DNA of 64,000 bases from Candidatus Eiseniibacteriota bacterium (lineage in GTDB: Bacteria > Eisenbacteria > RBG-16-71-46 > CAIMUX01 > VGJL01): assembly GCA_963792585.1 (NCBI GenBank), contig CAWBWI010000003.1:640001-704000 (forward strand), given 5' to 3'. The position numbers and the translations under genes are program-made. The first letter of the stretch is position 1. Each line of letters begins with the position of its first letter. The notes beneath the pieces were generated by a model, which worked only from the letters and a program-made list of their open reading frames with translations, made no database searches and was not told where the DNA came from. Below are positions 11,327 through 22,194 of the stretch, in pieces.

Positions 11327-13977
11327 TCGACATCCTTTGGTTCGTACACCAGCCCTAGGTCGTCATCCAGTCGCACGGTCTCATCCTCCGTCCAGCGTCC
11401 CTGCTGATCCAGCAACAACGGATAACAGTTGCGCAAGAGCGGTGATTGCTCCCATCCGTCCGGTACCCCTTGCGCCTGGAGCCTCTTGACAACTCCTTTG
11501 CGCGAAAGGCTCATGGCCCGTAAGAACCAGCTCTTGGCCTGCGCGAAAGTCATCTCCACTTCGGGACGAAATCCGTCATCAGGGAACAGGGGGATCGCCG
11601 GAACCGAGGGCTCGCCCAATCGCGTCTGTGCCACCAGCGTGGGATGTAACCCCGGCTCGTCCTCGTCAGCCTTGACGTATCGTGATGGATCATTCCATGA
11701 TGCGTCGTCCGGAAATCCGATGATCGCCTGATTGGCTTGTCCTTTGTGAGCGAAAGACTCGCCTTCTTCGGCCTCCAGCGCCTTCTCTAATCGCTCTTGT
11801 AGGAAATCTGGTACTTCCACCTGTTCCTCGTACACCGCCTGGACCAGATCATCGATCTCATTCGGCAGCTCCAGGTTGTGTCGCGACCGCAGAAGGGCCC
11901 AGGTGCGGAGCAGCAAGGCTTCTCGATACACCGCACCCCACCACAGAGGCTTGCCGAAGCTGGGAGGTGTATCATCAAGCAATCCAGCCACCAGCAGGGT
12001 TGGCTCGGGAGTGGGTCGCGAATCTCGTGCATGACGCCACAGGCGCCCGGCACGCTGGAGCACTAAGTCGATGGGAGCGAGATCGGTCGCAATGGAATCG
12101 AAGTCCAAGTCCAGGCTTTGTTCGGCCACCTGAGTGGCGATGAGAATCTTCCGGCCTTCTCTTGGCCCGTCTTTCCCAAAAGTTGCTAGAGCGTGCTCTT
12201 CTCGCTGCTGTCGACAATCAGCCGGAAACCGTGCATGAAATAGGAACACTCCCGTTCCATCTGGCAGTCGCTTTCCAACGCACTCCCGATTGTGTGTTAT
12301 TGGATCCCCATCGGGGAAGAGCCGGTAGAGATCCTGTGCTCGCTGCACCGTATTCACGAGGGCTAGGCCCAGACCGCCATTGGTCAGTTGGTCCTCCAAG
12401 GCGGCACGAAGAGCCGTCAGATCGGGGGCTATCCCTTGCATTCGAATGGTTCGCCGTCTCGCGGGATCGGCCTCGAAATGGACCTGGTCGACGCTTCCCG
12501 GACGGAACACCGACAAGCGTGGATAAGCTACTTCAGTCTCTGGGAATTCGGCGTTTGTGATGCTGGCTAGCCTCCTTCGGATAGACGGTGGCAATGTGGC
12601 CGACAGAAGCACCACCGAGGAGTCCAGGGCCAAAAGCCAGCGCAACAAGTGCACCAGGAGAGTGCCCGTGTACCCGTCGTATGCATGGATCTCATCGAAG
12701 ACCACTACGCGGTTCGCCAGTCCCCATAGACGCACAAATTGGTGCCGCACCGGCAGGATAGGCAAAAGCGCTTGGTCTACAGTGCCAACCCCATACTCCG
12801 AGAGAAGCGCACGCTTCTTGTGGGTAAACCATTCACCGGCACGAATGTCACCGCCTCCATCTGGATCTTGAATACTCGAGAAAGTTAGGTTCTGAAAGGT
12901 ATCATTCAGGAGCGCCGCGCCGTGTAAGAGCTGGAGATCCAAGTTCCGTCCCGGGTTCAGGGAACGCAGGAAGGCAAGGGTGCGCTCGAACATGGCGTTG
13001 CCCGTTGCCTTGGTTGGGAGGGCCACATAGAGGCCGCGATGATGGAAACGCCGCTGGAGCTGCAGATGGGCATAGAAAGCTGCTTCGGTCTTGCCCTCAC
13101 CCATGGGGGCTTCCAGGAGGATGATACAAGGTCCCGTAATGTCATGCACGGCTTTGGCGACGGCAATCTGAAGAGGGCGAGCGGGACTGCATTTCGGGAA
13201 GACCTCTTCAAAGGATCGTTCCGTTGGCGATAGAGTTGTTCGATACTCCCATCCGACCGCCGTTAATGCCTGTTCGGCATTGAATCTTCGCCGTTGGAGC
13301 CAGGCCGTCTGGTTCTCGCAGTCCTCGGGGGTGCCGAAGGGGAACCAGTCTTCGTTGGACCCGATCCAGTCGGCGAAACTTGTGAGGCCGGACAGCAGCA
13401 TGAAATCGGGTCCGGAAAGGGTAGGCTTGGTGGGGATTTGGGAAGGCTTGAAAGCTCCGAAAAGCGCATCGAAGATACTTCCACGGACCTTGGTCCAATC
13501 GTTTCGGCCCAGGGCGCGTTCGTCGCCCTCCAGGCCGTTGATCCTGGTCGGCGAGGCCCGATTCCCGTGATGGCAGCCCACTGCGTCTGCTGCCAGTTCC
13601 GCCAAGTCATCCGGCCAGCCTCGTTCCCGCAGCAGTAGCGTCAGGGCAATCTGGCTCACGAATGCATGGTTGATCTTGATATTCGGGTTTCGGGGAAGAG
13701 ACAAACGGGTTTCGGCGAGAAGGGGCTTGGCCCCATCCCACTTGCACTGGAACCCCGGACAGGCCTTTCCCAGGTCATGGCAGGCGATCAGGAGCAATAG
13801 CCATGGGCGGGCGTCTGCCCAAGGCAGGCCGAGGATTGCGGCCATGCGGCTTCGGGTGGTTTCGGGCTCCCGGTCTAGAATGGCTTCGGCGCATGCCGCG
13901 ACATCGAGTAGGTGTAAGGGAAGCGGGTGATAGTTTGTAGAATCCTCTGCGGTCTTCGCCCATAGGCACCTGAGCAT
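11323..13977 (-). CDS. cas3: Cas3 HD nuclease-helicase
   Basis: HLLDVAA, HDLGKA, HHG, EAPMGEGKT (Walker A), DEIH, LSAT, QRAGRLWRH. Confidence 0.98.
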   Translation of the reverse strand: MLRCLWAKTAEDSTNYHPLPLHLLDVAACAEAILDREPETTRSRMAAILGLPWADARPWLLLLIACHDLGKACPGFQCKWDGAKPLLAETRLSLPRNPNIKINHAFVSQIALTLLLRERGWPDDLAELAADAVGCHHGNRASPTRINGLEGDERALGRNDWTKVRGSIFDALFGAFKPSQIPTKPTLSGPDFMLLSGLTSFADWIGSNEDWFPFGTPEDCENQTAWLQRRRFNAEQALTAVGWEYRTTLSPTERSFEEVFPKCSPARPLQIAVAKAVHDITGPCIILLEAPMGEGKTEAAFYAHLQLQRRFHHRGLYVALPTKATGNAMFERTLAFLRSLNPGRNLDLQLLHGAALLNDTFQNLTFSSIQDPDGGGDIRAGEWFTHKKRALLSEYGVGTVDQALLPILPVRHQFVRLWGLANRVVVFDEIHAYDGYTGTLLVHLLRWLLALDSSVVLLSATLPPSIRRRLASITNAEFPETEVAYPRLSVFRPGSVDQVHFEADPARRRTIRMQGIAPDLTALRAALEDQLTNGGLGLALVNTVQRAQDLYRLFPDGDPITHNRECVGKRLPDGTGVFLFHARFPADCRQQREEHALATFGKDGPREGRKILIATQVAEQSLDLDFDSIATDLAPIDLVLQRAGRLWRHARDSRPTPEPTLLVAGLLDDTPPSFGKPLWWGAVYREALLLRTWALLRSRHNLELPNEIDDLVQAVYEEQVEVPDFLQERLEKALEAEEGESFAHKGQANQAIIGFPDDASWNDPSRYVKADEDEPGLHPTLVAQTRLGEPSVPAIPLFPDDGFRPEVEMTFAQAKSWFLRAMSLSRKGVVKRLQAQGVPDGWEQSPLLRNCYPLLLDQQGRWTEDETVRLDDDLGLVYEPKDVE

Positions 13978-14127
13978 TCCTGTGTCCCTTCGATCTCGCC
14001 GAGACGTTCAGGGGTCGGGAGCGTGAAGGAGGATTCGTTGCCCTCCCACACGCCCCGATCTCGGTTCCCGCCAACACAAGGCAGCAAATGTCTTCCAGCA
14101 AACGCCACGAGAATACCAGATTGGGGG

Positions 14128-14202
14128 GTGTCATGCGTTGACGCAGGTTCAGCAGGCGCACCTCTTTCTTCATTAACACCAGGCAGCGTCAACCCATGTC
14201 AC
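14128..14202. promoter_or_regulatory. 17-bp imperfect inverted repeat upstream of cas3 (candidate operator)
   Basis: gtgtcatgcgttgacgc (14128-14144) and gcgtcaacccatgtcac (14186-14202): 15/17 complementary, 41-nt spacer. Confidence 0.45.
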
Positions 14203-15183
14203 ACCTGCCCTTCGCGCCACATTCGAGCCGGGGCAATGCGGCCTGATCTTGGCCGGACAGCAATCTGATCTCCCATATGCTCCCCACTTCCCTTTGCGAT
14301 CCCATGCGAGCCTTCTAGCAATCGATGGACGGCAAGAGTCCCTAGGCTCGGGTACGGCGATGATAATCCGAAACAGCACAACCCGAAACCTTACGGATGC
14401 TGGGGTCGCCATGCGGGTTTCTCGACGTCGGATGATGTCGCCCGCGCCCTTCCAGTGATGCTCAATCCTGTGGACGCATGGCGGTGCCTTCCCAATGTTG
14501 AAGGCCGACCCGATTCAATGCCCCAACTCCCTCCACGCGGCCCAATAAGCCTGTCCGCCTGTTCGTCGGTCGCGCGGAGGCCGAAACCCCGCCTGCCCGC
14601 GTCTGCACTAGGGGTAATCATTCGAGAAGGGGTCTTCTGACGTAGCCCGACAGTGATGCAGGATGGTGCTTCCAACCCAATGTCGAAGACATGCATATAA
14701 TATGTGCGACTCGATCAGAAACTGCACCGTATTGGAGCGCTTGTAGCCAGCGATCTGAATACCATTGTCCAAGTGAATAGGTGAACAGTACCTCCACCTG
14801 AAACACGGAGATCGCGGAGTCCCGGGGTCCAGATGGGCTCGGGGCTCCGTTTGAACATCCCTTCCGGAGCGCGCTCGCGCTCTGATCCGGGCGAGCCACC
14901 GCCACAGGGCGGTCCTTTTCCTGAGCTTCGAAGCCTGCTTGCGAACTCTGCACAGCCTGGCTATTCTAGAAACCGCGCCGAGCGACTGAGTGCGCTCCCG
15001 GGGTATCCACGTCGATCGAAATAACTCAACCAGGGGAGGACGAAGGATGCGCCGCATGTGGCGAAGGCGAGTTTGGCTGCGAGCCGGGCCCGAGAGGGAC
15101 GGGCGAGCATCCTCTTGCCTCGTAGACCTAACTGAATCCTGGCGTGGGCGCCGTCCCTCCGCCATCAACACGGAGTGTAATAC

Positions 15184-15763
15184 ATGATTACGGGTCGCCA
15201 GAAGACACAGGCGGGCGTTGCTGCGACCGTTCTTTGGCTTCTTGCAGCCTATCTACTCGATCGATACTTTTTTCTTGTCCCACATGCCAGTGCTCAGCAA
15301 TAGCCTATATCTCCAGGGTCTTGAACTTGGCGCCGAGCCATTCAAGCGCACCTTTCCTCGTCTTGGCCTCTTCGTCTTTCTCGTGGTTCCTTCGTTTCTC
15401 GGCGCCCTTGTCCTACTCCCATTCCTTCGCGTGCGCCGTCGTCTGCCATGGCGCGAATCGCTGATCGTCTCCGGCGCCGCCATGTTCTGGTTCTTCCTCA
15501 TTCCTGTGTTCATTTGGGCCGGGCACATGCTCTACAAGATCGCAGATGAACTTCTTGGCGATTGGAAAGTCCTGAAGGCGGCGTTTGCGTTCTGCGAGAC
15601 ATTTACCTTCAAGGGATCACTCTACGTGCTCGGGGCTCACCTCTATGACATCGATGCATCCTTGGCGGCTCTCCTTGGGGCGGGGCTTGGGATTCTGCTG
15701 TTCTACAAGAAGGGTCTGTGGAACGGTTTTTCGCGGGCCAACATTTCGCATCCGGGGATTTAG
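15184..15763 (+). pseudogene. Multi-pass membrane protein split by a frameshift in a T6 run
   Basis: GGAG RBS and ATG at 15184 give MITGRQKTQAGVAATVLWLLAAYLLDRYFF. Removing one T at 15268-15273 joins this to the hydrophobic ORF ending at 15763. Confidence 0.5.
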
Positions 15764-15771
15764 GAACCTCA

Positions 15772-16122
15772 CGCACCCGCTGGCTCAACCCGCTCGAGTG
15801 AGTCCGCGAGGAGGTTCTGGAGTTCCCAGGGTCGACGACCGGCCCGTGGGCGCGGTACGTCCACGACCCGGACGCACGCGGCATTGGCACGGTGCGATAC
15901 CCGCGCCTCGTTGCCCAGGACCCCGTCTGCGCGTCGAAGCTCGCCAAACGCACACTGACGAACCTCTACAACGAGCGGCCGACATGGCTCGCACTCGCGC
16001 ACGAGAAGCTCGACGCGGCCGTGTTCGATGCATACGGCTGGGATCCGGCGATGGGTGATGAGGGGATCCTGGAGAAGCTGCTCGAGATGAATCTTGATCG
16101 GGCAGGGGTGGAGCGGCGCTGA
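15772..16122 (+). pseudogene. C-terminal remnant of an MmeI-like class I SAM-dependent DNA methyltransferase/type IIL RM protein
   Basis: WLNPLE*VREEVLEFPG...RTLTNLYNERPTWLALAHEKLDAAVFDAYGW...ILEKLLEMNLDR; internal TGA at 15799; N-terminus absent. Confidence 0.8.
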
Positions 16123-16193
16123 TGGAGACGCCGAAGGCGAAGGCCAAAGGGGGGCAGAGGTGGCGGGGGAAATGAAAGCGGATAGGCAGTCCA

Positions 16194-16958
16194 TTGAACC
16201 GATGGGAATCTCTGAAAGCCGGCGCTCGGGACTGGTGGCGGATCGTACTCGTGGGTGACGAGCTGACTCCTGATCAAGTTCGGGATCGCGATCTTGCGGT
16301 CCTTGGTCCCCGGCTGGGCCCCATCTATAACGCGCTGTCTACCGAGGTGAGCACACTTCATGTGAGATGGAAGCAGTACCGAGCGCTCTTTGGCCATTCA
16401 CCGGATCGGATCGCCCTGCTGAACGAGACTGGGGCTTTATTCTTCCGTGTGGTCCACGATGTCCTTTGGGAGAACACACTGCTCAGCATGGCTCGAGTGA
16501 CCGACAATCCCGGGGCGGGCAAGCGTGCCAAACTCTCGCTCATGGCTCTGGGCTCCGTGATTGACGGCGAACTCGGAATCGAAGTGAAGGCACTCGCTGA
16601 TACGGCCAATGCTGGGTTTGTTCGCGACCTACGGAACCGCCGATTCGCACATCGAAACCTCACTCTTGCTCTCGGCACCGCCGCAGAGCCAATTCCGGCA
16701 ATAGGGCGGCGGGACATCGAGGCAACCCTCGCAGCCATTCGTGCTGTGCTCAATCGGGTGGAACTCCACTACTTCAGTAGTCGCGTCGCCTATGAAGAGA
16801 CGATACCCCATTTAGGGGGAGCCGAAGCTGTCGTCGCATATCTTCAAGGTGGGCTTGATACCAAGCGGGGGAGGCGCGAGCGCGTGAGGCAGGGATCTCC
16901 CCTCCCAGGGTCCGCCAAAGGTGATGACGGGGTCTTGCCACAGCAATCTTCAAAGTGA
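16194..16958 (+). CDS. AbiU2-like HEPN domain protein (start may be GTG 16251)
   Basis: W..YR.LFG.S..RI.LLN....FF.VV..VLW...LL..AR.TD and the HEPN-type motif RNRRFAH. Confidence 0.7.
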   Translation: MNRWESLKAGARDWWRIVLVGDELTPDQVRDRDLAVLGPRLGPIYNALSTEVSTLHVRWKQYRALFGHSPDRIALLNETGALFFRVVHDVLWENTLLSMARVTDNPGAGKRAKLSLMALGSVIDGELGIEVKALADTANAGFVRDLRNRRFAHRNLTLALGTAAEPIPAIGRRDIEATLAAIRAVLNRVELHYFSSRVAYEETIPHLGGAEAVVAYLQGGLDTKRGRRERVRQGSPLPGSAKGDDGVLPQQSSK

Positions 16959-17060
16959 ATGCGACCGGCAGCATGGACGCTGGGAGTAATCGGTGGCGGA
17001 CCAAGCGAGCGAGAGGGATCGCCTGCACCGACAACACGCCATTTCCGACCTGGGAAAGCC

Positions 17061-17290
17061 ATGGGATACTTCAATCAGGCCCTTGGCAGACGCCTCGCGG
17101 ACGATCCTGGTCAAGTTCGGGTCAACAAGATCGTCGGGAACACCACGAGCGTCTACGAGTTTCGGGTCGGCGAGGACGAGCGAGGCACGGTCATCGGAAA
17201 GCAGGGGCGCACCCTCCAGGCCTTGCGGACGATCCTAGACGGCGTTGCGGCGAAAGAGAGGAGGTGTGCGATCCTGGAAATTTGGAATAG
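17061..17290 (+). pseudogene. KhpA-like KH-domain RNA-binding protein; 1-nt deletion near the 3' end causes read-through to 17381
   Basis: VYEFRVGEDERGTVIGKQGRTLQALRTIL...AILEI; an ...ILE* ending lies one frame off (atcctggaaatttggaatag). Confidence 0.7.
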
Positions 17291-17399
17291 ATCGATGCGC
17301 GGTTCCGGCTGCAACGTCAATCCACGTCAGCCCTCTCCCATGTTACCATCGAGCCGCAATAATCCGGACGCACCCGCTTAGACGAATGGAGCTCGACGA

Positions 17400-17660
17400 A
17401 TGCCAAAGAAGGGACATAGAGAGCGGTTTCTCCGGTTCAACTTAGAAGTGGGGCTGCGAATCCAGGTTGCGCGGCATGCCAGGTCCCTGACCCAGGATCA
17501 ACTTGCAGAACTCTCGGGTATGAACAGACCTACAATCGCAATGATCGAGACCGGCCGCCAGGGTGTCGATGCGCTAAATCCTGTTCTGCTCTCGATGGCG
17601 CTGGGTGTGACACCAACGAGACTCCTTCCGAAACTCCCTTTGCCTCAGCGGAAGAGATAG
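17400..17660 (+). CDS. XRE-family HTH transcriptional regulator
   Basis: VGLRIQVAR...LTQDQLAELSGMNRPTIAMIETGRQ. Confidence 0.8.
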   Translation: MPKKGHRERFLRFNLEVGLRIQVARHARSLTQDQLAELSGMNRPTIAMIETGRQGVDALNPVLLSMALGVTPTRLLPKLPLPQRKR

Positions 17661-18798
17661 ACCCAGGCCGACTGAGCACCAGTATAATGAGAACACAGGA
17701 GTCAAGCTGAGGACTGCCTGCTAGGTCGACATCACGGCACCGCCCCAATCCACGCCCTGGAATCCCGACCTCTGATCGAATGTTGGCCGCCGGAACCTGT
17801 CAACGGATTCATTGGAATCCACTCGGAATCCTCATGAGTGCGGGTCCGTCCTTTGGGCCGAACCCGCCCACCCACTCCTCTGCCCTGCGTAGCACATCTG
17901 TGTCTGTTGACTGCCGCGTCCGGGGGGATCGTGAGCATGCGCCAATTCAGGGCTCTACCTTCCATGTCCGCACAAGTATCCAGCGCACATAGGTTGGATA
18001 GAGCCATAGGACCGAACTTCAAGGGTCAGCGAATTCATAGGCGACCACTCGAGCGGCGACTTCCAGAGTGAGTCCAGGTGATGGGGGCGAGAATGCTCTG
18101 GCCCAAATGCCGATCGGACAGTAGAGACCGGATGAGGCGGGAGTCCCAGGTTCCGTTCCGTGACAGCGCAGAGGTGCGATTCCCCCACGCTATTCGACCC
18201 GTATCGACCACGATCGGAGGCGCCCCTCCACTCTCCCGACCGAAGGGGTCGGAATACTCACCGTTTCTCTCCAGGCGGCGGGTGGTGAACGAAGGTGTTC
18301 GCTCCGGACTCCAAAGCAAATGCTCCTCGAATCCACGTTGTCCTGGTTGATGCTGGTGCGATCGTGACATGCCGAGCATAGGGACCGAAGCGCGGCGATC
18401 GTCGGTGGTGACCCCGGCCACTGGCCGAACGAAGCCCGTCTAAGCCCTCCGCGCATCCATGGACTATCATCAAAGCCGCGCGAGATCAAGGCATCGGATG
18501 GGTGGCTCGTCGACCATTCTTCGGCCAGATGGCGTTTGTAAGAGGTATAGGCTATCTGACTCCCCTCGACAGCGAACGCGTGGTTTCTATTAAGGCGTCC
18601 CGCGCTTGCGATGACGCTGGTGGGGGTGCGAATGCCACCAACCGCAAGTGCTTCGTCGAGGAGCCTTACCGCGCACCCTATCGAGCGGATGTGGGAAGCG
18701 CCCCTGCAGGAACGACGGGAGCGCTTCCATGCCACATAGGTCTTTGGTGCCATCCCAGGGTCGCGGCGCCACACAGCGAACCTATCCATTCGACCGAT

Positions 18799-19512
18799 CT
18801 ACCTGTAGAGCCTCTTTACGGCGCCCCAGGTGGTCTTCTCGATAGGGACTGCGCATCTTGTACAGTCAAACTCCTGGCTAGCTTCGTACTCCACTCCAAA
18901 AACGACGGAGGCGGGAGTCCATTCCGGGTATGAGAAGTAAGCGCTCTTGAACACAGTCTCGCAGCCAAGTATCCCGCAGGTGGCCACGCGACCTACCTGA
19001 GGAGGGAACGCATGGTCGGCTGCCACTGCGCCGAACCAGTACAATGTATTCGCTACGGCACCGAAGGAAATGTCCGCCTCGTACTTGAAGATCGGGTACA
19101 GTCCGCCCTGGCAGTAGCAAAAGTGCTCGTCTGCAAGGACCATGGCTTCGTAGAGAAACACCCCCGGGACGGAGAAAGCATCGTCGTAGAAACGTAGGAT
19201 CCAGTACGTGCCGAAGCCGATGTCATCGCAGGAGTAGTTATTGAAGTAGCCACCCCACCAACGGGCGAGGCAGATCGAGCCGCCATTGGTAAGGAAGAAG
19301 TCGTTGGCGAGTTCCGTCTCGATACCAAAGTGCCCGATGATTTCCGAACTGGCGATCAGGCCTCCGAGGTTGGCTGGCTGGCTCCAGCAGACGCTCCGGC
19401 CAGAGTCGACGACATTCATGCCACCACCTCCAGCGCTCAGGCTGGGGTTGATGGCGAGCGCTGCGCCTGGGACGACAAGACTCAAGGCGAGCACAAGGGC
19501 AAAGGTCTTCAT
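18799..19512 (-). CDS. Secreted protein with a C-terminal TWGxxKxLYR motif
   Basis: Signal peptide MKTFALVLALSLVVPGAALA; ANDF...WWGGY beta-sandwich; ends VPIEKTTWGAVKRLYR. Confidence 0.8.
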   Translation of the reverse strand: MKTFALVLALSLVVPGAALAINPSLSAGGGGMNVVDSGRSVCWSQPANLGGLIASSEIIGHFGIETELANDFFLTNGGSICLARWWGGYFNNYSCDDIGFGTYWILRFYDDAFSVPGVFLYEAMVLADEHFCYCQGGLYPIFKYEADISFGAVANTLYWFGAVAADHAFPPQVGRVATCGILGCETVFKSAYFSYPEWTPASVVFGVEYEASQEFDCTRCAVPIEKTTWGAVKRLYR

Positions 19513-20212
19513 GGTGGGAATCCCATCCTCTCGTTTGTCGCGGAACCTGGACACGATCGGGGCCGGGATTGAATCTGCCGTAGGGGTGTAGGGGAGGTTC
19601 TGCTTCGATCCTCGGTCCCTCAGATCTCCCCGACATGGGGATCGGGCGGGATCTGCCGCAAAAGAGTGTCTGCTCCATCGGAAGGGAAGTCAAACGCACT
19701 TCGTGCCGACCGGCGCGGCCTCCTAGTGCCGCCGGCAAATGCTCCACGACGTCAGCGTGACAGCTGGTCAGGCTCGACGTGATGGCGCATGCATCAATCT
19801 TGTACGGAAGTTCTCCTCTTCGTACAAGAATGTTGCACTCTCAACCCGCTCACCACGGTCGGTAATGAGCGTCAAAGGCAATAGAGATACAATCGCCCTC
19901 TTAAGTCGCATATACCTCGTTTCCGATCATAAGTAATTAGGGCGCGTTGACGCGTCTCCGTCGAACGCCGTACCGTTGATCGCAATTGTATAAATGGATG
20001 GACGCGGACGTGGGGATCACTGCCTCTTCAATTGGCTGGATGGGTCAAACTGCGAGCGCGAGGGTGGCGACGTGACTTCTCCTGACCCTGCGAAGCTGGG
20101 CTCCAGGTCGCCCGCCGGCCGGATCCGGAAGCCAATGAGTGCATGTCCCCGCGCGCATCTGTCTTTATGGAATGCTAACTCGGAGTGACAGGGTGTCCAG
20201 GAGGGTCAGGTT

Positions 20213-21745
20213 ATGTCCCATCCCCTCGTTGCGATCGTCGGGTACTGCACCAATGATTCGGCCCGAATCTTCTGTTGTACGAAGCTAGCCAAGACCGAGA
20301 AGCCGGCCGCACGGATGTTCTGGAGAACGCCCGGGGCGGCATTCGCCTCCACCGAGATCATGCTCCGTGGCGCAGCTCCCTACTTTATCGGAGTCTTCGA
20401 CCTGAACGGATTACCATCTGGAGTGATGATCGAGTACGCGATCGACATGGCCAGGCAGTCGGACAAGCTCGCAGCCGATGCCCGGGCTGGGGGGCTGCGG
20501 TGGAACTCCTTCCGTTTGCTTCCCGCTGATCGACCCCTGCGCATCGGGCTCGTGAGTTGCAACGGCGTGTATGAAATCAGCGATGAGGGTCGGCGGTATG
20601 TTCTCTGGGATGAACTCAAGAGGCAGATCGACGATAAGCAAGTGGACCTGGTAATCCACTGCGGGGATCAGATCTATGCGGACGCGATCTGGGAGAAATA
20701 CGACTCGAACCCCAAGAACCGGAATCTTCGTCCGGAATCGACTGCTCGTGTGCTCGATCTAACCCGCCAATACCGGGAGTGGTATGTGACGACCTGGAGC
20801 GCTCCGTCGGTCGCAGCGGTGCTCGGCAGCTGTCCGAACCTGATGGTCTGGGACGACCACGACATCTACGACGGTTACGGATCCCACGACGAGGACGGCG
20901 ATCCGCCACAGCAGGCGTTTCTCAGGGCGGCGGGCACGGCCTATCAGGAGTTCCAGCTCTCGCACGGCCCCGAACGCTTGCACCCGGCATCGTCGCTCAG
21001 GGCGATCCGGCTAGACGAGACGGCCATGATCTTGCTGGATGCCCGGACCAATCGTCTCTGGGAGAAAAAGACGGTTCTGGGACGGGAGCAGATCGATCAG
21101 CTGGCGACGTGGGGTGAGCAGCACCTGGAGGGGGTACGCCGGCTCTACCTCGTTTCGAGCATCCCGTTCATCCACGCCAATGTGTCCGCCGCCCTCACCG
21201 TGCTGCGCCTCATTCCTGGGACGGAGGGGATCGAGGACGATCTCCGTGATGCCTGGACGGCGGGGAATAACCTGGACGAGTGCCGATCGGTTCTGCGGCG
21301 GCTCTTCAAGTGGACCAGCAAGTACAGGGACCTGCAGATCACCATCCTCTCGGGCGACGTTCACGTGGGCGCGGTGGGAGAGATCACCGAGGATGATCCG
21401 ACGGGCAGATGGGCCAACGGATCCCAGGCGAAGATCTACCAGGTCACCGCTTCGGCGATCGGCAAACTCCCGCCCTCGGGCGTAGCCGGTTGGCTCATCA
21501 ACCTGGCGACAAACGCGAAGTTCGATCTGGGATCTTCCTTCACGGGCCAGCTCATGACTCTCAACGGCGTGGGGCGACAGATTCTGAGCGGGCGGAACTT
21601 CGCCGTACTTGACCCCTGTGACGCCAGCGGGTCAAGTTGGGAGGCACACGGCAATCTCCACCTCTTCTTTCATGCAGAGAACACCAAGACCCGCGGCGTT
21701 GAAGTCCTCAAGCAGGTCCTAGAGGGTCCGGGGCGCCCGGCCTGA
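20213..21745 (+). CDS. Alkaline phosphatase D (PhoD-like) metallophosphoesterase, no obvious signal peptide
   Basis: VSCN, GDQIYAD, WDDHD, LLDAR, LSGDVH; GGAG RBS. Confidence 0.88.
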   Translation: MSHPLVAIVGYCTNDSARIFCCTKLAKTEKPAARMFWRTPGAAFASTEIMLRGAAPYFIGVFDLNGLPSGVMIEYAIDMARQSDKLAADARAGGLRWNSFRLLPADRPLRIGLVSCNGVYEISDEGRRYVLWDELKRQIDDKQVDLVIHCGDQIYADAIWEKYDSNPKNRNLRPESTARVLDLTRQYREWYVTTWSAPSVAAVLGSCPNLMVWDDHDIYDGYGSHDEDGDPPQQAFLRAAGTAYQEFQLSHGPERLHPASSLRAIRLDETAMILLDARTNRLWEKKTVLGREQIDQLATWGEQHLEGVRRLYLVSSIPFIHANVSAALTVLRLIPGTEGIEDDLRDAWTAGNNLDECRSVLRRLFKWTSKYRDLQITILSGDVHVGAVGEITEDDPTGRWANGSQAKIYQVTASAIGKLPPSGVAGWLINLATNAKFDLGSSFTGQLMTLNGVGRQILSGRNFAVLDPCDASGSSWEAHGNLHLFFHAENTKTRGVEVLKQVLEGPGRPA

Positions 21746-22194
21746 TACGCGGTGGCGGGGCATTGGCCCTCTGCCGTGCCCGGCCGCGAAATGGAGGGCG
21801 TTGTCGGTGTTGCGAAGGCAGCCCATGACGCCTTACTCACTACTGCCCGGATGCCAACCTCATCGAGTTTGGGTTCCTCTGGTTGACGCACATGCGATCG
21901 GGACGTGGCGAGCGTGGCGGCCGGAGCGCAAGGGTCGCGGGAGCGGAGACGTGGACTACCCCAAGGCGAGGGAAAACGGGAGCATCGGGCAGGGCCGAGG
22001 GGTCCGGCAAGAGATGAGCTGGCAGCACGTGGCCCGACCGAACGGGCGATGTGCGCGACTCGATTCAACCGCAATCGCAGCAACCCGGGCCGGGTTCTCA
22101 GAAGGAACGAGCTTTGCGGGGCTTTCCGATGTGGGCATGATATCCACCTTTCTTCTTGGTGAGGACCCGGTAGGAAATCGGAGCCGAAACGGCC

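Noticed and set aside
15799..15801. In-frame TGA in the methyltransferase remnant as possible Sec
   Set aside because: The position corresponds to a Trp as I recall the family (WLNPxEW), and the gene is 5'-truncated, so this is a nonsense mutation.
17700..18790. ORFs in long intergenic stretches (also 14250-15150, 55600-56600, 59200-60300, 63610-64000)
   Set aside because: No recognisable motifs, RBS or protein-like composition; left unannotated.
21841..21870. YCPDANLIE, resembling the IS630 'YSPxLNPIE' motif
   Set aside because: Only about 9 codons, with no further transposase sequence or ends.
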